From Eledone cirrhosa (Eukaryota): DNA of 64,000 nt. Below, one piece after another: positions 12,533 to 26,231 of this stretch. The notes beneath the pieces were generated by a model. That model was given only the letters and a program-made list of their open reading frames with translations. It searched no databases and was not told the DNA's origin. A program made the position numbers and the translations under genes. Position 1 is the stretch's first letter; the number at the start of each line of letters is the position of its first letter. The stretch spans positions 318,432,001 through 318,496,000 of the forward strand of contig OZ024742.1 of assembly GCA_964016885.1 (NCBI GenBank), written 5' to 3'.

Positions 12533-12943
12533 ATGTGTATTTATTTATATATATATGTGTGTATGTGTATTTATATATATATATATATGTGTGTGTATAT
12601 ATATGTGTGTGTATGTGTGTATATATACGTGTGTATGTGTGTATATATATGTGTATGTGTGTATATATATATGTGTGTGTGTATATATATATATGTGTGT
12701 GTGTATATATATATATGTATCTGTGTATATATATATGTGTGTGTGTGTGTATATATATGTGTGTGTGTATATATATGTGTGTGTATGTGTATATATATAT
12801 ATGTGTGTGTGTATGTGTATATATATGTGTGTGTGTGTATGTGTATATATATGTGTGTATGTGTATATATATGTGTGTGTGTGTATGTGTATATATATAT
12901 GTGTGTGTGTATATATATATATATGAGTAAACACGTGTATTAC

Positions 12944-12960
12944 CTCTAAAATAGGGGAAA
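12944..12960 (-). CDS. Candidate 17-nt micro-exon (phase 1-0; VSPILE)
   Basis: Minus strand ttttactctgtatttag|TTTCCCCTATTTTAGAG|gtaata. Phase-compatible with 17126-17154. Confidence 0.3.
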
Positions 12961-13193
12961 CTAAATACAGAGTAAAATTTTATGAGAAAAGGAAGGTTCA
13001 ATATGTCACAAGGCCAAATGGTTTGATTCTCCCTATCATGAAACTATTGACCAAAATGCAGGGCTGAATTTATCAGGAGGTGGTGGGAGTGAATGTCCTG
13101 TCCCCCTCCCCCTGCTCCTGCTACTTTTTAAGAAAGGGGCCTTGATCATGAACATAATTTTATCCTTTAGAGAGCATGTTTTAAAAGTGTAAT

Positions 13194-15583
13194 TGATGTT
13201 GTCATCATCATCATCATTGTTTAACGTCCATCTTCCACGTTTGCATGGGTTTGGACGGAAATTTTCCCACTTGAGGCAAGATTGGTTGTCTTGCTCGCAT
13301 AGGACTGTCTGGCGGGTTTTCTACGGCTGGATGCCCTTCCTAACACCAATCACGTTTACAGTGTGGAACTGGGAACTTTTTACCGTGTTGCCTACACGGC
13401 CACATTACAGCGTGGACTATGTTTTTTTGTCGTGACACCTACACGACCTCATTTATTTCGGACTGGATGTTGTGGTACCAACATAACTTTACATCGAAAG
13501 GGGTGGTGTGGATGGGGTGGGGGAGTGGGACGGCGGTGTATTTTTGTTAGGAGGTGCCTACTGACTGTAGGTTTCACTTTGTACTTAGGCAAGGCGGGTC
13601 TTCTGTATTACTGCGTAGCGCCAAAGATCTCGGTCCAGTGACATTGTCTTGGAGAGGTGTAAGTGTGTGAGGTCGGAATTTATCAAGTCGTCCCAGGTTT
13701 TTCTGGGTCTGCCTACTCCGTGGCTACCGTCTATTTTTATCGCCCTGCACGTTTTTATACAGCTGTCGTCTTTCATGCGCATCACGTGGCCATACCAACG
13801 TAGCCTTCTCTCGAGTAAACAACATCTGATCCCTCTTATTTCTAATTTTTCCCTTAGTTCGTTTATGCTTTGCCGTTCACGTATATTACTATTACACATC
13901 CAGCGGAGCATGCAAGCTTCGTTCCTCTCTAGTCTGCGTATATCCTCTGCACACAATGCCCAGGTCTCACTGCCATGCAACATTGCTGTTCATATGCAGG
14001 CATCATACAACCTGCCTTTCGTTTTTAGAGAGAACCCTTTAGCGGCTAATAGTGGTATAAGCTCTCTGAACTTTTTCCATCCAGTTCTGACTCTAGCTAC
14101 TGTACTTTCAGAGCACCCTCCACCACTGCTGATTTTGTCACCCAGGTAACGGAAGGTGTCCACTATTTCTATAGAACCATCTATGCAATGGAATGAGCTA
14201 GTATTCTGTAGGCACTTGCTGCTACTTATTGCACCAGAGCACCGGCCACATGTAAAATCTATGTTCTTAGTTAGCTTACCTGTGATCCGACTACATCTTT
14301 TATGCACCCATACTTTGCATTTGGGACGTAAAATGGAGTTTCTGCCTACTCCTTTCGTACACACTGAGCATGGCCATTTCCCAGATGGGACCAGTGCCCT
14401 ATTTTCCTTCCTACAAACTAGAACTTTAGTCTTAGACAAGTTAACTTTAAGGCCTTTTGATTCTAGTCCGTGCTTCCATGTTTGGAATTACTTCTCTAGT
14501 TCAGCCATTGATTCAGCTATGAGCGTTAGATCTGCATATAGGAGTTCCCATGGGCAGCCGGTCTTGAACTCCTCTGCTATAGCCTGAAGGGCAATAATAA
14601 ATAGGAGGGGGCTAAGGACGGAGCCCTGATGAACACCAACTTTTACGCTAAACTCTTCACTATATTCGTTGTTAATTCTCCCCTTGCTGACTGTTTCTTT
14701 ATACATGGCTTGTATAGCTCTCACAAGTCTTTCATCTACACCTAGTTTTCTAAGGGCCCACCAGATAATTGAGCGGGGGACTCTGTCAAAGGCTTTTTCC
14801 AGGTCTACAAAAGCTAAGTAGAGGGGTTTATTTTTAGCTAGGTACTTCTCTTGTAGTTGTCGTACAAGGAAAAGAGCGTTTGTGGTACTTTTACCTGACA
14901 CAAACCCAAACTGCATTTCATCTAGATCAATTTGCTCTCTGATTAGTTGCGCTATTACTTTTTCTGTGACCTTCATGACCTGGTCAATTAATTTAATGCC
15001 TCTATAGTTTCCCCTATCTAGGATACCTCCTTTACCCTTGTAGCAGTTAATGATGATGCTACTACGCCAGTCCTTCGGAACGACCCCATTCTGTATGACT
15101 TGGTTTACTATCCGGGTGACCATAGTGTGTCCCACCGTTCCAGATGCTTTCAGCATTTCAGCAACTATTTCCAATCGCCTTACTTATTATACAACCTTCA
15201 ACTTGCACTGCTGGTCCCTCTATTCTCCTCATTTAGTAGCCTTTCGCAGTGACACTTCCAAGCTACCTTCTTATCAGCGTCAGTGATGGCAAGTACACCA
15301 TCATCATTAAGGACACACTTCTCCCCGACAATTTCACGGTTTTCCTTGACACATTGCCTAGCAATCCTGAACACCTCACGTTTTTGGTCCTCGCGTTGTA
15401 GAACATGCTTGAACTTTCTTTCCTCTGCTTCCCATCTTGCGAAGTACACTTGTCTCCTAGCTTCCCTCCTGGCCACTTGATAGTCTTCTCTACTCCCCCC
15501 CATCCCGCCATACTTTCCAAGCCTGCTTTTTGGCCTTGATTGACTCCTCCTTACTGTTCCACCACCAAGTTACTCTCCTCCTG
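13194..15583 (-). mobile_element. RTE-clade LINE, 5'-truncated with internal deletions and stops (copy 4)
   Basis: ORF fragments 13585-15503. YADD is reduced to YAD; deletions near 15175-15225. Confidence 0.95.
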
Positions 15584-15918
15584 CCTATAGGTCTGTACCA
15601 GTTTATCAAAATTTCTTTACTTTAGCGACACCAGTTGAGAGGTGTATATGTACACTTGTCTGAGTGTACATATAGGTTATCAATGATGGTGCTTGATGTG
15701 TATATATATATATATATGTCTGTGTATGTGTGGTTATATGCTTGTGTGTGTACACAATAACCATTCCTTTGCTACCTCCATTATTTGACCTCATGACCAA
15801 GTAGTGGGCTGATGTATTTGAAGAAATTCAAATATTTTCTCTATTCAGTTAGTGTTGTCTGTCTCTCTCACTCACTCACTCACTCACTCACTCACTCACT
15901 CACTCACTCACTCACTCA

Positions 15919-15965
<47 letters not shown>

Positions 15966-15983
15966 TATGTGTGTGTGTATGTG

Positions 15984-16017
<34 letters not shown>

Positions 16018-17125
16018 TATATATACACGTGTATGTGTTATATGAGGGGCCCACCAAACCTGAACAAGTAAGCCTAGGATTTTCTTGTATATTTTATTTG
16101 TCTATAAAGAACAACTTTGCTTTCAAAAACATAGAAATAAAAGACATCACTATGTTTTGGTTGAAACTTTATTATAAAGTACTTTTCATATTTCCCTATT
16201 AGTCTCTCTCTCTCTCTCTCTGTATGTATATATATATATATATAAATCAGGAGGGATTCAGTACTTGATACTTGGGGTAGCAGAGTATGTTTATATTATA
16301 ACCTGGAACTAGCTGTTGAAACAGCAAGAGCTCAGCTGTCGGGTCCTGACTCTTTATAATATATATATATCACCATTTAATGTCCATTTTCCACACTTGC
16401 ATGGGTTAGGTGGGTTGTCAAGTGATGGGACAATCAGATCAGCTGACCAAGTCTTGCTCATATGATCTGTATTTTTGCTTGGTTTCTACAGCTTGATAGT
16501 TTGATGCCCTTCCTAATGGCACCCATGTAACAGTGTGGACTGGGAGCCTTATCATGGCACCAAAATGACCACTTAAGAGGGTGGCCTGAGCACATTTTGT
16601 CATGTCACCAGCATATTATGAGTTATGAGTCTAGCCAAGTTAGATGACCATGTCTTTCTTATACAAATCTGTTTTGGGGTATATTTTCTATAGCTAGATT
16701 CCCTTCCTAATGGCAACCACTTTACAGTGTGTAATGGGAGCTTTTCTTGCAGCAGCAGCACCACCACCACCACAACCTTACAGGGTGGACTGGATGCATT
16801 ATATATATATATTAGTAGTAGTACAGATTAAAGTTTAAACAGAATTTCTCTCACTCTATTACATGATTATTGTTATTATTATTATTTTCTGAGTTCAAAT
16901 CCCGCCGAGGTTAACTTTGCCTTTCATCCTTACAGGGTTGGTAATATAAAGTACCAGTAATATACTGGGATAATTGCTGGCTTCGTGCCAAAAGTTGAAA
17001 CGATTATTAATTCTAACACACACACACCTATAATTTTGGTATGTTTCCTTCATTCATTCATATTATATTTTATTTATTAAGTTATTTATGAGTTATTTAT
17101 TTTCCTTGGTGAATTGCTGACTTAC

Positions 17126-17154
17126 CTTGATTCATAAATAAATTGGGGTGGTAC
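17126..17154 (-). CDS. Candidate 29-nt micro-exon (phase 2-1; RYHPNLFMNQ)
   Basis: Minus strand gattttag|GTACCACCCCAATTTATTTATGAATCAAG|gtaagt, a perfect consensus donor. In frame with 18403-18449. Confidence 0.35.
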
Positions 17155-17590
17155 CTAAAATCACAAGGTCTTAGTTTAGCTTCAGTTAGGATGAAATAAC
17201 ATAAATACTTGTCATTTGCTGGCCATCTCACCACACCTGCAATGTACCAGATAGAAATAGCACTGCTTCAGTAATAAAGGATATTTAAGTTTCTTTAGCT
17301 TTTCACAGACATTCTATAGTGTTTTGTGCCTCATAACACCATGTGAAAACAACACTTCCTTCTTTCACTGAATATATATTGGCTAGGGCTAAGTACATAC
17401 ACTAGATACTCACACACTCACGGGCATACACACACACACCCTTATATAATTCCATACATATCCCACCATCATTCTCCTCCACCTCATTTCATCTCTCTCT
17501 CGCCGTACTCACATACGTTTTCCCTATCACAACTCAATACATGTGAAGAGTGATATATATTTTATTATAACTGTGCTGACACACACATTA

Positions 17591-17662
<72 letters not shown>

Positions 17663-17721
17663 CATGCAAGCGTGGAAGATGGACGTTAAACAATGATGAT
17701 GATGATATATATATATATATT

Positions 17722-17939
17722 GAGGGCAGTGGATTGGCAGTATCGGTAGAGGATCGGACGCCATGCTTTGCAGCATAGAGTTACGGCTCCTTATGATCTG
17801 AGCTCAAATCCCGCCGAGGTTAACTTTGCCATTCATCCTTATAGGGTCGATAAAATAAAGTACCAGTCACGCACTGGGGTCGATTTAATCAACTTTCCCC
17901 TCCCCCCAAATTACTGGCCTTGTGCCTATATAAGAAACC

Positions 17940-17942
<3 letters not shown>
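17722..17942 (+). mobile_element. tRNA-derived SINE, family A (central GCCTTTCATCCTTACGGGGTCGATAAAATAAAGTACCAGT domain)
   Basis: A-box TGGCAGTATCGG and B-box GAG(T/C)TCAAATC. Further copies at ~16880-17010, 20517-20707, 27270-27456, 35744-36162 (x2), 38510-38950 (x2), 42005-42250 (-), 45585-46000 (x2), 52260-52455 (-) and 61612-61975 (-). Confidence 0.9.
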
Positions 17943-17990
<48 letters not shown>

Positions 17991-18142
17991 ATCTATGGTG
18001 CTGAGACCAAGGAGACCACTAATCACGGGAGTACTCAATGCATGGGGAAATAGAGTGGGTATAGATAGATGTAAAATCCTGACGGCGGCACTAAGTGGTT
18101 TCCACTGAAACCACTGGTTTTTTATCTCTCTCGCTCTCTGTA

Positions 18143-18174
<32 letters not shown>

Positions 18175-18655
18175 AGAGAGTATTGAAGTTTGCTTGAAGC
18201 ATTGTGGAATAATAAGGTAAATTTCTTTAAGTCGTTTGGAAGCCTCGACAATGCAAATGGGTAAATCTCCGGGTAACAAGATCCGGTGGTGGAGAGAGAG
18301 ATGTAAGTGGGTGTACGTTGAGATGCGTGGCGTGTATAAGACGTGTAGAGGAATGAAGGAAAGAGCGTAAAGGATAAAAATAACAACACGAGAGAGAATT
18401 ACCTTGGGAGAGATTTAATTGTCCCTATATATTTCGGATTCACATCCATCAACTGGGGTTTTTTTCCGGGGTGGGGGAAAGGTTGTCTGTCGGAAAGGTG
18501 CGAAACGTGTCCTCCGCTGTTCGTTGTTTTGAATATCTGAGGTATTCAGCAGAGCGCGCGTGCGCGTGAAATGGGGTCGGTCAGGCAGAGGTCAGCGGCC
18601 GAAGTAGTTCTTTCAATTGTGGGAGTGGGGTGGCGCTAGCTGTCAGTCCATTCTC
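18175..18655 (-). mobile_element. CpG-rich element between TA/CA microsatellites, probably a Penelope-like pseudo-LTR, containing a core-mutated hammerhead (18423-18458) and a splice donor (18401-18402)
   Basis: Minus strand CCC-CAGTTGAT-GGAT-gtga-ATCC-GAAA-TATA-TA-GGG, then AATTAAA and CCAAG|gtaatt. CpG content is unusually high for this window. Confidence 0.45.
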
Positions 18656-18968
18656 TTGTGTGTGTGTGTATACACACACACACACACACACACATATGTT
18701 TAACAATGAAAACAAAAGGTGATTTCTGTGCTTAATCAGTTCATTGTTATATGATGTTTCATAAGGTTGATTGATCATGATGAATTGATATAGTAACTAA
18801 TCAAAAGTAGTTATGTAACTCCATATTATTAGTCTCGGTACTACAGCTCCATCTCACCATCATCGTCAGAATATATATAATGTAAATGGTAAATAGAAAT
18901 AGCAAAGCAAACGACACAGTTCATTGAAGAAATATTTTAGTTTAACGCTTGAAATAACAGGAAAAGAG

Positions 18969-19004
18969 TCTTAACGTTTCAAACACTAGTACTTCATCAG
19001 AAGA
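18969..19004 (-). ncRNA. Minimal type I hammerhead motif within a dispersed Penelope-like repeat (18885-19010)
   Basis: TCTT-CTGATGA-AGTACtagtGTTT-GAAA-CG-TT-AAGA. Core intact, stem II weakened. Same repeat family as 58545-58670. Confidence 0.6.
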
Positions 19005-21400
19005 TTGAATTAGAAATAAAATCTAAAATAGAAAGATAATGAGTGAGAAGAGGATGGAACTGGAACAAGGGAAAATAAAAAAAAACATGCGCATTCACTC
19101 GGTCATTTTGGAAATTTTGTGTGTGTTATGTGTCATGTAATTGGGGTTAGGAAGGATGTCTGGCTGTAGATAACATGCCAAAAAAGGAGTTGAGAGGACT
19201 CAGCAACCACCTCAATGACATGACAATCTCCCCAGCGCTGGTGCCACAGTCAAATGCATCCAGTAGACTCTCTAAAGTGGCTGGCATTAGAAAGGGCTCT
19301 AGAAGCCATGCTTAAACCGGAACACATGAGACGTGAAAAAATAGATGTTAGATGATTATGATGGTGTATGATCATCATTTTTACAGCTGTTTTACAATGC
19401 TGGCACTTGTTGGACTAGACATTCTGAGGCAATATTCTACAGCAAGGCACCCTTCCTGATGCCAACCCTTACATATTTTTATATATGGTACTTATTCAAC
19501 TTATCTACACCCAAAAGTGGATTGGTTTTTAACTATTTCCTTAACCCGTTAGCATTTACATTACTTTATATATACTATTATATTTTCACAGTAAAGGCTT
19601 TATCTTACATAATATCGAATCTATGAGATTTTGATATTATTTATTTTGAGAACAATACCTTAATATCAGTATTAGTGGCTGGTTACAGCTGGTTTGAACT
19701 GAAAGAGATGAGAGAATTCTGGCTGAATATGGTTTAAATGCTAAAGGGTTAACATATTTCTTATTGCTTATGTATTCCAATTAATTTTGAAAATTTAGTC
19801 AACTTTCCCCCCTTCCCTTCAAATTGCTGCCCTTGTGTCAAATGTAGAAACCATTATTAATATGGCCAACCTGCCTCTGTCTTCACCTGTGGACAGTTAA
19901 GCTACAAAATTCAAAGTTAGCTTCAGAAACAAATGCATGCACATACACACACAGACACACAGACACACACACAGACACAGACACAGACACAGACAGAGAG
20001 AGAGAGTGTTAAATATGAGGGAATTGTGATATTTAAGTGTTGACATATTATTTGTCACACTTTTCTGTTTTTGATGCTTGCAGACATCCACACACATATA
20101 TACATAAACATATATAGACACATACACACATATATACATAAACATATATTGACACATAGATACATGTATGCATAAACATATATAGACACATGCACACATA
20201 TATACATAATCAAACACACATACACACTCACCAAGGCTCTCCCCAGTCATGTTGGTCTAATTTATGTACACACACACACGTATACACACACCAGAGGACT
20301 TATTGATGTAATTTATGTACATACATACACAAATATACATCCATGCACATACAGAATCCACACACACACACACACACACATCCACTTACTCACATCCACA
20401 CACATATGCACACATCTACACACACATGCATGTATCCACTCAGACACACTCATCCAGACACCCATCAACACACAGAGATACACTCACTTATAGAATATGC
20501 TTCACATTTTTTCATTGGTGGTGGATTGGCAGTATCGGTAGAGCATTAGAGAACATGCTTTGCAACATAGTTATGGCCCTTTGCGTTCTGGGTTGAATTC
20601 CCACCAAGGTTAGCTTTGCCTTTCATCCTTACGGGGGTCAATAAACTAAAACACCAGTAATACACTGGGGTAATTGCTGGCCTTGTACCAAAAGTAGAAA
20701 CAATTATTTATCAACATAATAATATACTGTGTCTTTGTATGTATGTATGTATGTATATATATATATATATATCTGTCTGCAATTCTTTATAATTTAAACA
20801 CACAAACATTCACACACATATAGACAATGTGTTTCCTATCTCAGTCATGTTACTACAGTAAGAAGTTTGCTTTACATTCACAAGGTCTTGAATTCTAACT
20901 ATATCTGTCCCATTATTCTCCTTTTTACATCTGATTTTCCATGCTTGGGGTCCTTGGTAGTGAAAAAGAGAGGAACCATTGCTTCACATACTTATACACA
21001 CACATATATAGTTACATTTACAAAAATATGTAGTAGTTTTATTGTAAACCACTGCTGTTTCTATTGTTATATATAATCACATATGGCTATGTAGGGAATT
21101 AAGCAAATAAATGTGAAAGTAGATTGATATGAGTGATAACACTAATAGAGCATAATTCAGATAAAATGTATATATGGACCCATATACAATCATCATCATC
21201 AATGGACTCATATGCAATCATCATCACCATTGTATTAATGCCTGCTTTCCCTGCTAGCAAGGGCTGAATAGGTTTTCATAGACCAAGTCAGTATTGAAGT
21301 GGGGCTACTGACCGCTCAGACAAGCCAGGGGTCTGCATCATGTTTACATATAAAATGCATGTGAGTATTTTAAGCTGTGATCATATCACTACACCTAGAA

Positions 21401-21450
21401 GCATTGCTGATGAAATTTAATGATTCTGAAATACATGTATATACTATGCC
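21401..21450 (+). ncRNA. Decayed type I hammerhead motif
   Basis: GCATTG-CTGATGA-AATTtaatGATTCT-GAAA-TACATGTA-TA-TACTATGC, with palindromic stem III ATACATGTAT. Confidence 0.5.
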
Positions 21451-23609
21451 TAATGTGATAGGGAGGTAGTAGCTATGATATTATCTCAGATTAAAATACT
21501 CAGTGTCACTAAACGTATGTTTTTTATACATAAATATATTGTAACTAAGCTATAAATTAAGTTCCTGGTTTGAAAAATTAAAGTATTGGGGTCAGTATGA
21601 TTCTATTTTTGGCATGGTTTCTGCTGCTGGATACTCTACCTAACACCAACCACTTTACAGGGTGTACTGGATGTATTTTCAATCACCCACATGCATTGGC
21701 TCTAAGTAAACCTCTGTTTGTCACAGGCAAAGCATCAATCCAATCCTTGTAAATTTGGTACTTACAGAAAGTAGGTAATATGTTAAATATTGACTAGATA
21801 TTGTTGTAAGGGAAAAGAATCTAATATTTCAAGCTCTGATCCTTCATCTAAAGAGTGAGGAAGAGAGAGAAATTTGTGTTGTTACATTGGTTACAAGCTA
21901 GTAAATAGATTTATCCATAGATATAACAAGTAGGTAGACTAATACATTTGTGGGTAGATTGGTAGATTGCTGAGTTAATTAGATAAGAAAAATAGATAGG
22001 TAAGCTGCCAAACACCTGTGAATCGTTGGATATATTACTCCAGCTTTGAACTAGAGAAGAAATATGAGAAAAAGTATATCTATCTATTTATATGCCAAAG
22101 CAGTAGCTATAGTCTATCCTACACTTGGAGAATCTTGATAAACTGGGTGAAGTTAGTAGTTTAGTTAGTAGTTTAGTTTAATGAAAAAAATTACTCTTAT
22201 TGTTAAGCTCCAAGTCAGTCCACTGATCAGATAGAATAAACTTATGTTCAAAGTCATATAGTCATGTCCACCTTATTTTCAAACAAAGTGTATCTAAGAC
22301 TACATTATCCAATGTGTCCTTCCCTTTTGATACCAAATCACCCATTGCTTTATGATACAAAGGTGTATATTTTAGTGTTTATATTTACTTAAAAATCATC
22401 CATCATAATTTTGTGGAAGAACGTTTGTATAATTATGCAATAAACACCAGCTTAATAAAAAGAAAGTTATTTTAATACACATATTACTAAATCATTCAAA
22501 ATTCTTGATTATTTTCAAAATTATTTGAAAATCAGTGTCTTTCATTAGAAATATATTAAAAAAATGTAGGATTAGGTAAAGTTTTTGAAGGATACAGGAT
22601 TTGAGCAGCTGATTCTTTATCACCTCGAACGCTTGTTGTATTGTTAGTGTTTAATACAAACGCTGGTTTTAGGGAGATTTTTTAAAGGTTTAAATTCTGT
22701 CCAACAAATACTGTATACTGAAACTTTCTCTATCACACATATGCAGTCTCTTTACCACAACAGTGTGGCATTCAAGCGCCTCCAAAATTATTTAATTCCT
22801 ATCTAAGAGGTTTCAGAAATTAAATCTTAAAAAGAATTTTCTCTGAAACATTTCAAGGATCCTCTGTTAGTTTCAGTGGACATTCAGTCGTTCAATCAAC
22901 CGAGCATCTGACTCATCTGACAATTAACGTGAAGTTGTTGAGTATTCTACAAACACATGTACACTTAAAATAATTTGTAGGCAGAATCTACATGATAAGT
23001 GACAAGATTGTCCATTTGAGTTATTGATACAATCCATTCATACAGTTTCCGTATACCTAGTTTCACTCACAAAACTTGGGTTGACCCTACAGCATTTACA
23101 TTACTCTGTATTTACTATTGTATTTTTGTGGTAAAGGCTTTATCTTACATAATTATCTCACATAATATTATTTATTTTGAGAACAATACCTTAACATCAG
23201 TATGAACAGGCAGTTACAGCTGGCTTAAACAGAAAGAGGTGAGAGAATTCTGGCTGGATACGGCCGGTTTACATGCTAAAGAGTTAAAGACACCTACCTG
23301 CCTTGCAGTGGGATTGAACTGTGTACCTCATGATTGTGAATCAAACTTATTAATCACTGTTACCACCTCTTCTACCACTATCAACATATCACTACCACCT
23401 CCATTTAACCCTTTTGTTACCATATTTTGAATGAAATACACTGCCTATGTGTTTCAATTAATTTTGAAAATAATTGAGAAATTTTAAGAATTTAGCAAAT
23501 TAACTATCTCATTTATTAGTAAGTTTGTATTTGGTACATAACAAAAGGTTCTGACAAAATTATGATGAAATAATAATAATGAAATTATTGTGTACAGGGG
23601 TCTTGTGTA

Positions 23610-24130
23610 CTTGGGTCTCCCCACTCCGTGAGATGACCTGGGATGAGGTGATAAAAGCCGACCTTACCCAATTACACCTCTCAAAGGCGATGACACACGA
23701 CCAAGACCTCTGGCGTCACGCAGTAATACAGAGTACCCGACCTCCCATGGGTACAAGCTGAAGTATATAGACAATATGACCCCACACCCTCCCACTGCAA
23801 GGTGGTCGTGGAGGTGCCACGGCAAAAAAGCACCCAGCCCACACTGTAAATGAGGTTGGTGTTAGGAAGGCCATCCAGCTGTAGAAATCAAGCGAAATCA
23901 GTTCCTGTATGAGCAAGGCATGGTCAGCCGACCAGACACTGCCCACAACAGGACAACCCGTCTAACCCATGCTAGCGTGAAAGAACGGACGTAAAGTGGT
24001 GATGATGATGATGACAGTGAGTGCTCAGGTGCACTACAACTCGTCAAAGGTGCATGTATAATACATAGAATAATATACAAATGTCAGGGAAGTGAATAGT
24101 GTATGAGTCATGATATACATGTGTGCGTGT
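23610..24130. mobile_element. RTE 3'-end fragment (+) abutting a CR1 3'-UTR fragment (-)
   Basis: TWDEVIKADLTQLHLSKAMTHDQDLWRHAV plus (GAT)n tail to ~24012, then GTGCTCAGGTGCACTACAACTCGTC matching the CR1 3' end. Confidence 0.85.
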
Positions 24131-25407
24131 GTGATGTTTTGATTTAAATCCAAACAATTTAATCCTTTCAGTATCAAATTGCTTGAAACTACCAGTAGCT
24201 CAATGATACTAAGCTATGTATTTTAAAATATCTATATTTATCTAAAACCCTTCCCTTATAATTTTATATAAGAACCTTTGTTATCCTCCAAACACAAGAT
24301 AAATAATGAAAAAGTTAGTTATTTTATTAAATCTCCTTCCAGCCCCACTCCCCAAAATTTTTTATTATTTTTTAAATGATTTGAAAATTATCTGTATGCT
24401 ATATGTTTCATTAGAATATAGTAACAAAATGATTTCACCCTTTACCATTTAAACCGGCTGTATCTGGCCAGAATTCTCTCATCTCTTTCTGTTCAAACCA
24501 GCCATAACTGGCCACTCATGCAGTATTGTTCTCAAGATAAATAATATCAAAATCTCATACATTCAATATTATGTGAGATAATTGTGAGGTTAAAAAGCCT
24601 TTACTGTGAAAATATAATAGTAAATCTAGAGTAATGTAAATGCTAATGGGGGTTAAAACAGACCATTTTGTGTCATAGAACCAGAAGCATATCAGGCAGT
24701 TCAGTATTAGAAGAATATCTAAATGCCCTGCTTTCTAACATCATGAGTCCAATCATGCAGAAAATGTTATAGTCATCATAGATCAATGTTCATAAATTCA
24801 TTGATCCATTAGCTCATACATTGATCAAGTGTATTAAATGCATACCTCAATTGATACAATAGAGATAATATTAACAGCCTAGATCAGCAGGCACTGAATA
24901 TAATTTGAACCTGCTTGGTCAGTTAAAACACAATGACTTTTAACGATTTAAATAATGATTCAATAGAGACAAGACACAATAAATATGCTGAGACGAGTGT
25001 ATTTGGTGGGTTAAGTAATATTGTTTACACACAACTAGATGTTGGATTAGTAGCTAATAGTAGTAGTAGTAGTAGTGGTAGTGGGGGTAGTGGTAGTGGC
25101 CATGGTAGTAGTGGTAGTAGTAGTTGGGGTAGTTGTAGTAGTAATAATGGTATTAGTGGTGGGGTGGGGCTGTGTGAATAAATGTAGTACATGTAGTGTT
25201 TGTCAGTTTTTAGTGTCTAATGCCAGTATTTTTATCATGATGTAATGTCACATACCTATATATACACACACACTCACACACATATATATGTATGTACACA
25301 CACATATATATATACACACAGAAGATTGTTTTTATTTAATTTCTTTTGTTCAGTCTTATAAACCCATAAACCATACATGTGACATATAATTGATTCCTCT
25401 TCTCTCA

Positions 25408-26055
25408 ACCATTACTACCACCACTACTACTACCACCACTACCACTACCACCACTTCTACTATTACTACTAATACCTTAACCACTACCTCCACCACCACC
25501 ATCACTACTACTACTACTATTACTACTACTACTACTACTACCACCACCACCTTTATCACTACCAACACCACTAGTACTACATTTATTACACTACCATCAC
25601 CACACCACCTTTACCACACCACCTCTATTACCACCACCACCGCCTTTGCTATTACCACCACTACCAACACCACTAGTACCACATTTACTACACTACCACC
25701 ACTACACCAACTTTACCATACCACCACCACATTTACCATTACCATCATTACCTCAACCACCACCACCACCTCTACTACATCACCCTCACCTCTACTACTA
25801 CTACCACCACCATCACCTCTACTACCACCACCACCTACTACCACCACCACCACCTCTACTAACACCACCACCACCATCACCACCACTACTACCACCACCA
25901 TCACCACCACTACTACCACTACTATCATCACCACCACTACTATCATCACCACCACTACTACCATCACCACCACTACTACCATCACCACCACTACTCCCAT
26001 CACCACCACTACTATCACTACTACCACCACCACCACTACTACCACCACCACCAGT
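25408..26055. repeat. (ACC/ACT)n trinucleotide low-complexity tract
   Basis: Seen directly in the sequence. It produces the poly-T/poly-P/poly-V ORFs. Confidence 0.95.
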
Positions 26056-26231
26056 CACACAAGATAATTAATGTCAGTTGGTGTGCAGTGAACCCCAGAA
26101 ATTCTTTTCAAACATTGAAATATTAAGGTAGAGTAAAACTTGTCATGACTAAAATCTTACTATAAGTTGAGTCACCTATGTTGATGGACTGGCTAGTATA
26201 ATAAACTTAACCCTTTAGCATTTACATTACT

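Noticed and set aside
3918-14587. Recurrent antisense ORFs (MERCKCVRSEF..., MSTISIEPS...)
   Set aside because: They are shadow frames of the RTE RT ORF and recur only because the element is repeated.
3718-15503. Retron, DGR or group II intron reverse transcriptase system
   Set aside because: The motifs, RTE C-terminus, 5' truncation and (GAT)n tails identify ordinary non-LTR retrotransposons.
17722-17830. tRNA genes at A/B-box motifs
   Set aside because: All continue into SINE bodies and lack a complete cloverleaf. A degenerate tRNA-like stretch at ~42565-42625 (-) is also not intact.
18079-18123. Terminator-like hairpin AGTGGTTTC-CACT-GAAACCACT plus T-run, alternatively a hammerhead
   Set aside because: Intrinsic terminators do not apply in this context. 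As a hammerhead it needs a core substitution, an 8-nt insertion and a poor stem I.
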